A DNA stretch of 64,000 nt from positions 31,765 to 95,764 of the forward strand of contig CAJOGC010000001.1 in NCBI GenBank assembly GCA_905234185.1, written 5' to 3'. Shown in pieces: positions 18,690 through 28,815 of this stretch; the stretch's first letter is position 1; every line of letters begins with the position of its first letter. The DNA is from an uncultured Alphaproteobacteria bacterium (lineage in GTDB: Bacteria; Pseudomonadota; Alphaproteobacteria; Rs-D84). The position numbers and the translations under genes were made by a program. The notes under the pieces are model-generated. The model saw only the letters and a list, made by a program, of their open reading frames with translations. It was not told where the DNA came from and did no database searches.

Positions 18690-20264
18690 TTACATAAACA
18701 CTTTTCTATTTGCATAGCCGATTTTCTTGTTCTTGCCCCCCATGTACCAATCAATCAGAACCTTGGACAACAAGATACATGTGAACAATGTTGTCATAAC
18801 ACCAATAGACAGCGTTACGGCAAATCCACGAATCGGCCCTGCACCAAATTGGAACAGAATCAACGCACAGATCAGGTTCGTTAATTCACCATCCAAAACC
18901 GCCTTGTTCGAACGATGGAAACCTAAATCCACCGCACGCAAAGTCGGGGTTCCGGCCCTTATTTCATCACGGATACGTTCGAACGGCAAGATGTTCGCGT
19001 CCACGGCCATACCCAATGTCAACACGATACCAGCAATCCCCGGCAATGTCATAGTCGCCCCAAACAATGCGGACATTCCAACAATCATCATAAGATTGAC
19101 CAGCAACACCACATCGGCAATTATACCAAAGGCCCCATAAATCATCAGCATATACAATACAATAAACAACAAGCCAACCGCGGCACCCAATGTCCCGGAC
19201 GCAATGGTATCGGCCCCCAAACCCGCACCCACAGTACGTTCTTCGATAACTGTCAACGGCGCCGGCAATGCCCCAGACCGCAACAAAACGGCTAAATCTT
19301 TTGCGCCCTGTAATGTAAACCCACCCGAAATTTGACCACGGCCACCCGGAATTGGTTCACGAATATTTGGGGCGGACAAAACCTTGCCGTCCAACACAAT
19401 TGCAAAACGTTCATTAACATGTTCGGTTGTTAATTTTGCAAACTTACGCGCCCCCGCGGCATCAAACACCGTTGTCACAACCGGCATATTATTTTGGTCA
19501 AAGTCGGCCTGGGAATCTTTTAGCGATTCACCAGACACCTCGACCCGCGAATAGACCGGAACCGTTTGCCACGGCATTTCCATATACGGCAAGAAGTCCG
19601 TTCCACTTGGTGCACGCCCCGCCGCCAATTGTTCCGGTGAAACATTTTCATTTACTAAATGGAAAGTCATTTTTGCGGTTTGGCCGATCAACTCCTTGAT
19701 ATGTTCCGGATTATCAACCCCCGGCAATTGCACCAGGATGTATTTTCCACCCTGGGATTGAATTGATGGTTCCTTGGTCCCCAGCGCATCAATACGACGA
19801 CGAACAATTTCAATACTGCGCGCCAGCGCATCTTGGACCATTTCTTCTTTCTGCTTGTCCGAATAAGACAATTTTATAACATCACCACTTGATTCAATAT
19901 CAACGGTGTTTCCAAGCATCCCACGCAGGCGTCCCTTGGCCCGGGACACATCATCCGATTCACGAACAGAAAAAGAAATAACCCCGTCACTGTTCCGCAA
20001 ATCAGAATAACGAATAACACCCTTGTTTCTATCGATTAATGCAGACCGAACCTCGTCATACAACTGATTCGATTTATCCTTGAACATAGCGCTGGTATCG
20101 ACCTCTAATAATAACTGCGCCCCGCCCTTTAGGTCCAGTCCAAGTGGTACCGGCTTAATCCATTTTGGAAAATATGGTGCGGCCCCAGGCCAAAATGTTG
20201 GTACCGCCAACAACACCCCAAACACCGCAACAAAAATGATTGCTAACTTTTTCAACATCACCAT
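18690..20264 (-). CDS. secD: protein translocase subunit SecD
   Basis: 524 aa with a large periplasmic domain and C-terminal RND-like TM bundle. Found in the yajC-secD-secF order. Confidence 0.85.
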   Translation of the reverse strand: MVMLKKLAIIFVAVFGVLLAVPTFWPGAAPYFPKWIKPVPLGLDLKGGAQLLLEVDTSAMFKDKSNQLYDEVRSALIDRNKGVIRYSDLRNSDGVISFSVRESDDVSRAKGRLRGMLGNTVDIESSGDVIKLSYSDKQKEEMVQDALARSIEIVRRRIDALGTKEPSIQSQGGKYILVQLPGVDNPEHIKELIGQTAKMTFHLVNENVSPEQLAAGRAPSGTDFLPYMEMPWQTVPVYSRVEVSGESLKDSQADFDQNNMPVVTTVFDAAGARKFAKLTTEHVNERFAIVLDGKVLSAPNIREPIPGGRGQISGGFTLQGAKDLAVLLRSGALPAPLTVIEERTVGAGLGADTIASGTLGAAVGLLFIVLYMLMIYGAFGIIADVVLLVNLMMIVGMSALFGATMTLPGIAGIVLTLGMAVDANILPFERIRDEIRAGTPTLRAVDLGFHRSNKAVLDGELTNLICALILFQFGAGPIRGFAVTLSIGVMTTLFTCILLSKVLIDWYMGGKNKKIGYANRKVFM

Positions 20265-20276
20265 TACCCCTTGTCT

Positions 20277-20585
20277 TTACTTTTCCACATTTGCAACCGC
20301 GTTTTTAGCAACCGTCACAACAACACCCTTGGCGATTTCAACATCAATTGTTGTATCGTCTATTTTTTTGATTGTGCCATAAATACCCGCGGCCAAAACC
20401 CGATTACCAATTTGCAACGAATCCAACATTTTTTGATATTCTGCCATGCGACGTTTATTCGGACGCACAATAAACAGATATATTACCCCAAATATAATAA
20501 TTAGATACAGAACCATTCCCCAAACATTCCCGTTTTGTGCGGTATTTGCCACGGTATCAATGGTCGCCTGATCAACTTCTGGCAT
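20277..20585 (-). CDS. yajC: preprotein translocase subunit YajC
   Basis: 102 aa with a single TM helix and conserved YajC core (…RMAEYQKMLDSLQIGNRVLAAGIYGTI…). Confidence 0.75.
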   Translation of the reverse strand: MPEVDQATIDTVANTAQNGNVWGMVLYLIIIFGVIYLFIVRPNKRRMAEYQKMLDSLQIGNRVLAAGIYGTIKKIDDTTIDVEIAKGVVVTVAKNAVANVEK

Positions 20586-20678
20586 TATTTTCTCCTTAGT
20601 CTTTATTATTTATGGTGTTCAGAATAGTAAAAAATCCCCCGAGTGTAAAGCACAAAAAGCACTATCACTTCTCTCTGA

Positions 20679-22415
20679 TTAAGACCGTTCAAACCACCCA
20701 TCTATATCACTCAGCGGTATAAATTTATACACCGGCCGACCATGATTACACTGTCCCCCACGGGTTGTATTTTCAATATCGCGCAACAGCGCATCCATTT
20801 GTGCATAGTCCAGTTTCTGGCCAGCACGCACACTGTGATGACACGCATAGTTCGCCAATTTCAGATGCAGTTTTTCGTTCAATCCAGACGAATGCCCATT
20901 GTCCCGAACTTCGTCTGCAATGTCATGCAACACCGCCGCCCAATCCATATCCCAATCGGCGGGCTTTTCAAAAATCGCGATTGCATCATCACCAAACGCA
21001 TCAACATGCAATCCAGAATCGTGTAATTCGCCCACAATCGCCATAATCGCCATAACATCTTCTGTGCGCAGGTTAACAACTATGGGGGTTAACAAAGGTT
21101 GCCCTTTGATCGCATGACGACGCAACTGTTCATATGTGATACGTTCATGGGCCGCGTGCTGATCAACAATTACCAGATTTTCACCGGCCTGGGCTAAAAT
21201 ATATTTATTAGCAATTTGACCCAGGACGCGTCCCAAGGGTAAATCATTGGAAACATCGCCTTGTGATATGACATCAATCTCAAAAGGTGTGTTATTTTCA
21301 GACGATTTTTTATCAAACACATTTTTCACAAACGATGGTTTATCTGCGACATGACAAACACCTACCATTGGAATATTAAAATGCATTGTTTGGGCGCTAT
21401 GTGCATTGTTTTGTGGTGTTGCGACATTTTGGCCCGCATTTTCATTCATCGTTTTTGCCAATGTATCGCGTATTGATTTTATAATAAATGATCGCACATG
21501 ATTCGGTTCCAAAAAGTGCACTTCGGTTTTCGCCGGCGACACATTTACATCAACCGCATCCGGCGCAAGGTCAAGATACAATGCACATAGCGGGAATTCG
21601 CGTGCATGCATAACATCCATATATGCGGCCCGTAATGCACCGACCAAAACCTTGTCTTTTACAGGACGTCCATTAACAAACAGATATTGGTCCACCGACG
21701 AAGCACGTCGCAGTGTCGGTTTGGACACAAATCCATGCAGTCGCATATTTGCAGATCCAGACGATGCATCCACCGACAACATTTGATCGATAACATCGTC
21801 CCCCATAACGGCGACAATTCGTTCGATAATTTCTTGATTTTTTGGGAAACGCCATTTGTTGTTAAGTGTAAATCCGACATCGCCGCGTGCCATGGCAAGG
21901 CGCTTTACCGTATCCAGCACAGACATCATTTCTGCACGATCTCCGCGTAAAAACTTTAATCGGGCGGGAGTATTTGCAAAAAGATTTTGGACCCGTACCC
22001 GTGTGCCACTTTGCCAATCAGATGGGCGCACATCCCCCGTGGAACACTTAATATGCCACCCGTTATTATCCAGGCCATTACATGTATCGATTGTCATATC
22101 CGATACAGACGCAATAGACGGCAATGCTTCACCACGAAATCCCATGTATGTTATATGTTGTAAATCATCGTCGGGCAATTTAGATGTTGCATGCCGCATA
22201 ATTGCGCGCGACAAATCTTCGCGCGACATTCCCGAACCGTTATCTATCACGGAAATTGATGTCCGGCCGCCATCAACAACATCGATAACAATTTGGTCGG
22301 CACCCGCATCCAGCGCATTTTCCACCAATTCTTTGACCACGGACGCGGGGCGTTCAACAACCTCGCCGGCGGCAATCTGGTTCACTAGAAAATCGGGCAA
22401 CACGCGCACAGACAT
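20679..22415 (-). CDS. mutL: DNA mismatch repair protein MutL
   Basis: The N-terminal GHKL ATPase motifs (IAAGEVVERPASVVKELVENALDAG; DNGSGM) and the C-terminal dimerisation domain are present. Confidence 0.85.
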   Translation of the reverse strand: MSVRVLPDFLVNQIAAGEVVERPASVVKELVENALDAGADQIVIDVVDGGRTSISVIDNGSGMSREDLSRAIMRHATSKLPDDDLQHITYMGFRGEALPSIASVSDMTIDTCNGLDNNGWHIKCSTGDVRPSDWQSGTRVRVQNLFANTPARLKFLRGDRAEMMSVLDTVKRLAMARGDVGFTLNNKWRFPKNQEIIERIVAVMGDDVIDQMLSVDASSGSANMRLHGFVSKPTLRRASSVDQYLFVNGRPVKDKVLVGALRAAYMDVMHAREFPLCALYLDLAPDAVDVNVSPAKTEVHFLEPNHVRSFIIKSIRDTLAKTMNENAGQNVATPQNNAHSAQTMHFNIPMVGVCHVADKPSFVKNVFDKKSSENNTPFEIDVISQGDVSNDLPLGRVLGQIANKYILAQAGENLVIVDQHAAHERITYEQLRRHAIKGQPLLTPIVVNLRTEDVMAIMAIVGELHDSGLHVDAFGDDAIAIFEKPADWDMDWAAVLHDIADEVRDNGHSSGLNEKLHLKLANYACHHSVRAGQKLDYAQMDALLRDIENTTRGGQCNHGRPVYKFIPLSDIDGWFERS

Positions 22416-22421
22416 ATAAGT

Positions 22422-22892
22422 CTAGTCCTTAAACTTTACTTCCAAAATTTCGAATTCTTTTTCACCACTCGGTAATTTAACAGTGCACAAATCCCCAACA
22501 CAGTGCCCAATCAGCGCATGTCCGACCGGCGAAGTGCATGATATTACCATTTTACCGTCGGCCTCGATATCAGACAAAATACGACATTGCATTTTATTAC
22601 CATCTTCGTCTTCGGCGACCACGCGTGCACCAAACACGACACGATTTCCCGATAAATTGTCCACATCGACCACATCGGCATTTGCAACGATACCCTCTAA
22701 AAACTGAATTCGTTTATCAATCTGACGTTGTTTTTCGCGTGCCGCACTGTAATCCGCATTTTCAGACAAATCGCCCAGGCTTCGCGCCCACTGAACAGTT
22801 TTAAGGATTTCGGGGCGCTGAACCTCTTTCAAGTCTTTCAATTCTTTGACAATCGCATCAAAACCAGCGCGCGATATTGGATACTTTTCCAT
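22422..22892 (-). CDS. greA: transcription elongation factor GreA
   Basis: The start is taken at MEKYPIS…, the internal Met of ORF 22422..22985. GreA N-terminal coiled-coil motif (LGDLSENADY) and C-terminal FKBP-like domain are present. Confidence 0.8.
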   Translation of the reverse strand: MEKYPISRAGFDAIVKELKDLKEVQRPEILKTVQWARSLGDLSENADYSAAREKQRQIDKRIQFLEGIVANADVVDVDNLSGNRVVFGARVVAEDEDGNKMQCRILSDIEADGKMVISCTSPVGHALIGHCVGDLCTVKLPSGEKEFEILEVKFKD

Positions 22893-22999
22893 CTTTGCTT
22901 CCTGTTTTTTAGTGTCATAATTATAAAATAACATTTTAATTTTGCAATTGCCAAATGAACAAGTTATAATCAGCAATTGATACATATATAATATAAACG

Positions 23000-24058
23000 A
23001 TGTTCAGATACAAGATTTTAAACAGATTTCTGCTGCGCCGATTTTTTTACGGTGTCGGCCTTGTTATGCTGGTTGTATGCGGAATTATATTTGCTGTGAC
23101 TTTTGTGGAACGGTTGCCGTCAAATCCAACCGCCGTTGCTGCATTAATGGATGCATGGACACGACTTATGGAATATGTGCCAATGTTTTTACCGATGGCC
23201 ATATTTATGGGGACACTTTTGGCGTCATACAATCTGACAAAATCCAGCGAAAATATCATTATTTCCGGGGCGGGTCTGTCACCATATCAAATGGCGCGAC
23301 CTTTTTTATTTGGCGCCACATTAATCGGGATTGTTGCAACGACGGTTATAAACCCGTATTCAGTTTATCTTAGCACACGCGAAATCACAACAAATCATCT
23401 AAAGTTAGTCGATGGGGCAATCTGGTTGCGCGAAAGTAATGACAACGGATACATCACTTTACGTGCGGAATCATTGGACCGCGATAACAAAAACCTGGTA
23501 TTTAACAACGCGACCATATTCGTACAAAACCCGGAATTCAGATTAACAGAACGTGTCACAGCGAAACATATAACCCTTAGTGACAATGGCATGGATTCTC
23601 AATCTGCATATATTTGGAACGGTATCGGCGGTGATGTAAAGGGGGCTTGGCATGCCGAATCACAGTTAACCCCCCGCACGGTCCTTGATCGCTATCTGCA
23701 ACCGGACCAGATATCGTTCTGGCAATTACCGACATTTATAAGAAAAATGGAAAATGTTGGCATACCGGTACGCGGTCATTGGGTACAATTTTGGACATTG
23801 CTGTTTTTGCCACTTTCTATGATAGCGATGGCGACACTAGGCATTGCTTTTTCCCAAACACGTCAACGTCGAAATTACAGTTTTGGTCCAAAGTTTAGCA
23901 TTGGTATCGTCACATGCTTTGCATCATATTTCGTAATAAATATGTTTAATGCATTGGGTGCAACGGGCGTATTACCACCGGTACTGGCGATTATTGCGCC
24001 ACCACTTATTATTATTGCGGGTGCCGGCGTGTTCATTGCCGGTTTCGATACAATTTAA
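23000..24058 (+). CDS. LptF/LptG family LPS export permease
   Basis: 352 aa with the YjgP/YjgQ architecture: an N-terminal TM helix, a periplasmic beta-jellyroll region and a C-terminal TM bundle. Confidence 0.6.
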   Translation: MFRYKILNRFLLRRFFYGVGLVMLVVCGIIFAVTFVERLPSNPTAVAALMDAWTRLMEYVPMFLPMAIFMGTLLASYNLTKSSENIIISGAGLSPYQMARPFLFGATLIGIVATTVINPYSVYLSTREITTNHLKLVDGAIWLRESNDNGYITLRAESLDRDNKNLVFNNATIFVQNPEFRLTERVTAKHITLSDNGMDSQSAYIWNGIGGDVKGAWHAESQLTPRTVLDRYLQPDQISFWQLPTFIRKMENVGIPVRGHWVQFWTLLFLPLSMIAMATLGIAFSQTRQRRNYSFGPKFSIGIVTCFASYFVINMFNALGATGVLPPVLAIIAPPLIIIAGAGVFIAGFDTI

Positions 24059-24204
24059 TACATGGAGGTCATCATGCCATTACGCAAAAAGAAAAATATA
24101 AGTTTTCGCAAAATCGCGGTTATCACAATTATCGTCATTATATTGATATTGATGATTATATCGTTCCCTGCCCCCCAAAATATGACCGAGGTTGTGCTGT
24201 CATA

Positions 24205-25068
24205 ATGAACTATATCGACATATTTTTAGAAGCACTGTCTGCAGAAAAAGGTCGCTCTGACAAAACATTGATTGCGTATTCATCCGACCTTAAGCACGCA
24301 GACGAAACGATACCAGGCGGTTTGATGGGTGCGGACGAAAACGCGATTCAAAACTATCTGGCATCTCTGCCGGACCGACCATCATCTGTCGCACGCCATG
24401 CCAGTGCTCTGCGGGGATTTTACAAATTCTTGATGTTGGAAAAAATTATTACGAAAAATCCGACGGCAAATCTAGAATTGCCAAAGCGCGCACGCACATT
24501 GCCAAAATTTTTATCTGCGGAAGAAATTGAATTATTAATATCATCGGCTGGCGACATTAAAAATGCGGTGCGCCTGCGCGCTATGTTGGAATTGGTATAC
24601 GCATCGGGATTGCGCGTATCTGAATTGTGCGAATTGCCAATGACGGCAAACCTGGGCGATAAATTACTTATTCATGGCAAGGGGGCCAAGGAACGAATCG
24701 TTCCGATGCATCCTGGCGCGGTCCATGCATTAAATAAATGGTTAGATATTCGTGGCGATAATCCATCGAAATATGTATTTCCATCAAACGGTGCATCGGG
24801 CCACATTACGCGCGATGGTTTTTTCAAGATTCTTAAAAAATGCGCAGTTTTGTCCGGCATAGACCCGCACCGGGTCAGTCCGCATGTGTTGCGCCATTCG
24901 TTCGCGTCACATTTGTTGGCCGGTGGTGCAAACCTGCGCGCGATACAGACAATGCTGGGCCACGAAGATATTTCAACAACACAAATCTATACACATATTA
25001 TGCCGGAACAATTGAAAGAGACAATTGCCCTGCATCATCCATTGGCTAACAAAGGTAATAAAAAATGA
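24205..25068 (+). CDS. xerD: site-specific tyrosine recombinase XerD (XerC/XerD family)
   Basis: Catalytic residues in …RHSFASHLLAGGANLRAIQTMLGHEDISTTQIYTHI… and the central region (LELVYASGLRVSEL) resemble XerD. A XerC assignment is not excluded. Confidence 0.7.
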   Translation: MNYIDIFLEALSAEKGRSDKTLIAYSSDLKHADETIPGGLMGADENAIQNYLASLPDRPSSVARHASALRGFYKFLMLEKIITKNPTANLELPKRARTLPKFLSAEEIELLISSAGDIKNAVRLRAMLELVYASGLRVSELCELPMTANLGDKLLIHGKGAKERIVPMHPGAVHALNKWLDIRGDNPSKYVFPSNGASGHITRDGFFKILKKCAVLSGIDPHRVSPHVLRHSFASHLLAGGANLRAIQTMLGHEDISTTQIYTHIMPEQLKETIALHHPLANKGNKK

Positions 25069-25556
25069 TAAAACGATGTGACCATGCGGGTTGCCCAAAG
25101 GCGGGATCATGCCGTTGTCCAAAAACACGCGACTTGCGCGAATATTGGTATTTCTGCACAGAACACGCCGCCGAATATAATAAAAATTGGAATTATTATG
25201 CGGGAATGAGCGCGGATGAAATAGAAGAAGATTGGGAACGCGAAACATTTGGATCGCCATTAAAAGATAAAAATAAAGCCAACGCGGACGAAGCGGAATA
25301 TATCAAATTCCTTAATGATTTTATAAATGGTCGCAGTGCGTTTGACCATATGCCGAAAAAGACCGCCCTGCCCGGTCCAGTGATGAACGCATTGAAAGTT
25401 TTTGATTTACCGATAAGTGCGTCATGGCGCGATGTCGGTGTGCGCTATCGCGCACTTGCGAAAAAGCACCACCCCGATCGTTCGGGTTCCGCCACCGAAT
25501 TTGCCAAGGTTTCCAGCGCATACGATACACTTAAAAAATATTTTGGAAAGAAATGA
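25065..25556 (+). CDS. J-domain protein with an N-terminal Cys-cluster domain
   Basis: C-terminal J domain (YRALAKKHHPDRSGS…AYDTLKK, HPD motif). The N-terminus has CDHAGCPKAGSCRCPK…YWYFCTEH. Confidence 0.6.
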   Translation: MIKRCDHAGCPKAGSCRCPKTRDLREYWYFCTEHAAEYNKNWNYYAGMSADEIEEDWERETFGSPLKDKNKANADEAEYIKFLNDFINGRSAFDHMPKKTALPGPVMNALKVFDLPISASWRDVGVRYRALAKKHHPDRSGSATEFAKVSSAYDTLKKYFGKK

Positions 25557-25656
25557 AAATCACGTCAAAGCCATGCGCACGTGCACATAGACTTAATTTT
25601 GACACACAAAAAATTCATAAAAAATCAAAATATGGAAAGATAAAAAACACACCATC

Positions 25657-25813
25657 ACGCGTTTCAAGTTCTCCTCCTTTGGAGGAGTCCGCGCAGCGGG
25701 AGGTGGTTAGAGTTTTTGTTCTTTAAGCAAGAAGTCTCTTACCCCCCCGCCCTGCGGGTCCTTCCGTCTCCGCTGTCGCTACGCTGAGATTTCGCCCCCC
25801 ACAGGAGGGGAAC
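25657..25813. other. GC-rich structured intergenic region between the convergent J-domain gene and trxB (candidate sRNA or compound terminator)
   Basis: Perfect hairpin ctcctcc-ttt-ggaggag, then cgcagcgggaggtgg … cccccccgccctgcggg … cgccccccacaggagggg. GC content is far above the surroundings. Confidence 0.25.
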
Positions 25814-26752
25814 TTATTCCCGTGAATTAAGATATGCAATTGCGTTCATGGCGGCGGTGCATCCGGTGCCAACGGCGGTTGCAACCTGCATCTTGATGTC
25901 AGAATGCACATCGCCCGCAACAAATGTACCCGCCGGCAATTTTTCCGGTATCAAACGGCCCATTTCATCGCGTGGCACCCCTTCGTCCAGATAATCGGTG
26001 TTCGCTTCGTGTCCAATCGCAACGAACAAACCATCCGCTTCGATTTCTTTATCATCTAATGTCGTCACAACAATCTTGTCCGTTCCCGGCACCGCGGCAA
26101 CCCGCTTCAAATCAGTATTGAACAGGCATTCGATATTTTTACGTTCCGCGACACGATTGCGCAGGACCGCTTCGGCGCGGAAAAATGAGCCTTTGCGATA
26201 AACAATTTTGACTGATTTCGCAATGTCCGCCAAATACAGTGCGTCATTTAATGCGGAATTTCCACCACCCATAACAATTACATCTTTGCCATGGTAAAAG
26301 AAACCGTCACATGTTGCACAATATGACACGCCATGTCCCATTAACTCTTTGGCACCATCTATCTGTAATTTTCGTGGTGATGCACCGGTCGCAAATATAA
26401 CCGTTTTGCCGACATAGTTTTTGCCATCATCACCTAAGACATTAAAGCCACTTTCCGCATCACCATCAACAGAACGCGCCGATACAAACACGATTTTTGC
26501 ACCGAACGATTCCGCCTGCTTTTTCATAAATTCGGCCAGCCCTAATCCGTCACCGGTCCAACCAGGATAATTTTCCAACTTTGCGATTCCGGACATCTGG
26601 CCACCCAGTGTCGGTCCACCCAGAACGATAACCTTTTTATTTGCACGCCCCGCGTACAACGCCGCCGTCAATCCCGCCGGTCCAGACCCCAAAATAATTA
26701 CATCATACATTTCGATTTCCATATCATTTCCTTTTCTTGTTGCCAGAATCAT
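25814..26752 (-). CDS. trxB: thioredoxin-disulfide reductase
   Basis: FAD-binding GSGPAG motif, redox-active CATC motif and NADPH-binding GGGNSA motif. Confidence 0.85.
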   Translation of the reverse strand: MILATRKGNDMEIEMYDVIILGSGPAGLTAALYAGRANKKVIVLGGPTLGGQMSGIAKLENYPGWTGDGLGLAEFMKKQAESFGAKIVFVSARSVDGDAESGFNVLGDDGKNYVGKTVIFATGASPRKLQIDGAKELMGHGVSYCATCDGFFYHGKDVIVMGGGNSALNDALYLADIAKSVKIVYRKGSFFRAEAVLRNRVAERKNIECLFNTDLKRVAAVPGTDKIVVTTLDDKEIEADGLFVAIGHEANTDYLDEGVPRDEMGRLIPEKLPAGTFVAGDVHSDIKMQVATAVGTGCTAAMNAIAYLNSRE

Positions 26753-26862
26753 AACATATCACGCGCGCAACGCAAACCCAAAAATCAGCCCCATGAATAT
26801 GTTGATTTTGACGCAAAAACATCCTATAATCCGCGCATGATTTAATCAAATGGGGACACACT

Positions 26863-28140
26863 ATGATAGACATTAAATTTATTCGTGAAAATCCAGATAT
26901 TGTTAAAAATGCCTGTGCTGTGAAAAACTTTGCCGATAATGTTGATGATATATTAGCGTTAGACAAACGCGTCCGCGAACTTAAAACAATTACGCAGACC
27001 AAGACCGCGGAAAAAAATAAAATCACGCGTGAAATCCCAACCGCCACTGACAAGGCACCACTGATCGCACAATCTAAAAAAATTGGTGAAGAGATTGCGG
27101 CCGATATGGCGGAATTGGCGGATAAAGAAGCGGAATTAAACGAATTATTGCATTGTGTCCCACAAATTCCGTCAGCAGATGCGCCGATTGGTCGTGACGA
27201 CGGTGATAATGTTGAAATTCGTCGTGTCGGCGAACCGCCTAAGTTTGATTTTACACCGCGTGCCCAGTGGGATTTGTTGGATATGAACAATTGGTGGGCG
27301 CCGGAAAAAATCGGTGAAATATGTGGCACACGCACATATTGTTTAATGGGCGAAGCCGCCGAGTTATCGTTGGCAATTCAAACATATGTGATTCAGAAAC
27401 TGATTAGCAAAGGTTTCCGTTTTGTTGAATGTCCATCAATCACAAAACCACAAACCATTTTTAATGCCGGTCATTTCAAGGGATCTGATTTGTCGGTTAT
27501 GAATAACGACGTGTTTATGTTAACCGATACGGATAGATGCTTGGCCGGAACAGCGGAAATTATTCTGAATTCGTTGCATGCGGACGAGGTGTTAAATGAA
27601 AAGGATTTGCCAATTAAATATGCGGGCTTTTCACCATGTTTCCGTAAAGAGGCCGGCGCGGCTGGTCGCGACACACGCGGTCTGGTTCGTTTTCATCAGT
27701 TTAACAAGGTCGAACAATATATATACTGCACCCCGGAACAAAGCGACGAAATGCATGAACACATTCTGAACAACCTGTGTGAAGTTATGGAAGATTTGGA
27801 ATTACCGTATCGCGTGATTGCAAATTGCACCGGTGACATGGGTTTCAACAAGGTTAAAATGAACGATGTCGAGGCATGGTTTCCATCCGAAAATGCATAT
27901 CGTGAATTGGGTTCTTGTTCATCGATTGGTCAGTTTCAAGCCCGTCGTACAAACACGCGTTATCGTGCGGGCGACGGAACGCTTCAATTCTGTGCGACAT
28001 TAAATAATACTGGCATCGCCCTGCCACGTGCACTGGTACCGGTTATTGAAAACCATCAAAATGCCGATGGTTCGGTTAATATTCCGAAAAAATTACAACC
28101 ATTGATGGGCGGAAGGACAAAAATTGGTGGTAAACACTAA
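26863..28140 (+). CDS. serS: serine--tRNA ligase
   Basis: 425 aa with an N-terminal coiled-coil arm and class II core motifs (…FRKEAGAAGRDTRGLVRFHQFNKVE…). Confidence 0.9.
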   Translation: MIDIKFIRENPDIVKNACAVKNFADNVDDILALDKRVRELKTITQTKTAEKNKITREIPTATDKAPLIAQSKKIGEEIAADMAELADKEAELNELLHCVPQIPSADAPIGRDDGDNVEIRRVGEPPKFDFTPRAQWDLLDMNNWWAPEKIGEICGTRTYCLMGEAAELSLAIQTYVIQKLISKGFRFVECPSITKPQTIFNAGHFKGSDLSVMNNDVFMLTDTDRCLAGTAEIILNSLHADEVLNEKDLPIKYAGFSPCFRKEAGAAGRDTRGLVRFHQFNKVEQYIYCTPEQSDEMHEHILNNLCEVMEDLELPYRVIANCTGDMGFNKVKMNDVEAWFPSENAYRELGSCSSIGQFQARRTNTRYRAGDGTLQFCATLNNTGIALPRALVPVIENHQNADGSVNIPKKLQPLMGGRTKIGGKH

Positions 28141-28144
28141 AAAT

Positions 28145-28170
28145 AAAAACCGGCAAAAGCCGGTTTTTTA
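28145..28170. terminator. bidirectional rho-independent terminator (serS / convergent hypothetical gene)
   Basis: aaaaaccggcaaaagccggtttttt: a palindromic stem flanked by A and T tracts. Confidence 0.6.
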
Positions 28171-28659
28171 TTAACGTTGTTTTGTTGACAACAGTTTTTG
28201 GGGATTTGTTAATGTGACCCGCAACCGTTCGAATATATTTTCTGCACGCAACACTTTGTATTTTTTTATCGCTTTTGCTAACTCTTGTTTTTGATAATCA
28301 CCTTTGACCTGATAATAATTACCAATAGCAACCAACACATCATTCACCGCAATCAGCATAGAATTATCATATTGGTTAAACCCGCGTTTTACAGAAAACC
28401 CACGCTCGTGATTACAAACATAGCCATATAAGTTCCCGTATTCCGTATATTTAAATGGATCGGCCATAACATGGCTCCACATTTCCATTGTATCTACAAC
28501 ATCTTTTTTGTCGGTATCATCATGGACAATATTGCGACCACCCTCGTATTCATATTCGTACTCGCTTCTGTTCGGCAAACGATCTTTCAACCAACCGTTA
28601 ACATCCGCCACGAAATTCATTATCGTTAAATCGTAATCTTGTATTTTCACCTTTGACAA
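28171..28659 (-). CDS. hypothetical protein
   Basis: 162-aa ORF with an EYEYEYEGG segment and no recognisable domain. Confidence 0.4.
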   Translation of the reverse strand: MSKVKIQDYDLTIMNFVADVNGWLKDRLPNRSEYEYEYEGGRNIVHDDTDKKDVVDTMEMWSHVMADPFKYTEYGNLYGYVCNHERGFSVKRGFNQYDNSMLIAVNDVLVAIGNYYQVKGDYQKQELAKAIKKYKVLRAENIFERLRVTLTNPQKLLSTKQR

Positions 28660-28750
28660 TGCAAACCTCCTTTTGTTCGTACACCGTCACGCTAATAAAT
28701 ATAGACAAAACAAACAAAATGTCAATATTTTTGTAAAAATTTCTTCTATC

Positions 28751-28779
28751 TTGTTGAAAATCGCGAAAAATGATATAAT
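28751..28779 (+). promoter_or_regulatory. sigma70-like promoter upstream of typA
   Basis: TTGTTG at 28751-28756, a 17-bp spacer and TATAAT at 28774-28779, about 35 bp before the typA start. Confidence 0.4.
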
Positions 28780-28815
28780 CTATGTCCGATTTATGCAAAA
28801 TATGGGGCAAAATAG

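Noticed and set aside
26724-27335. 203-aa ORF antisense to serS
   Set aside because: It lies entirely within serS on the opposite strand. Its translation is S/A-rich low complexity (…SASLSANSAISAAISS…), typical of a spurious antisense ORF.
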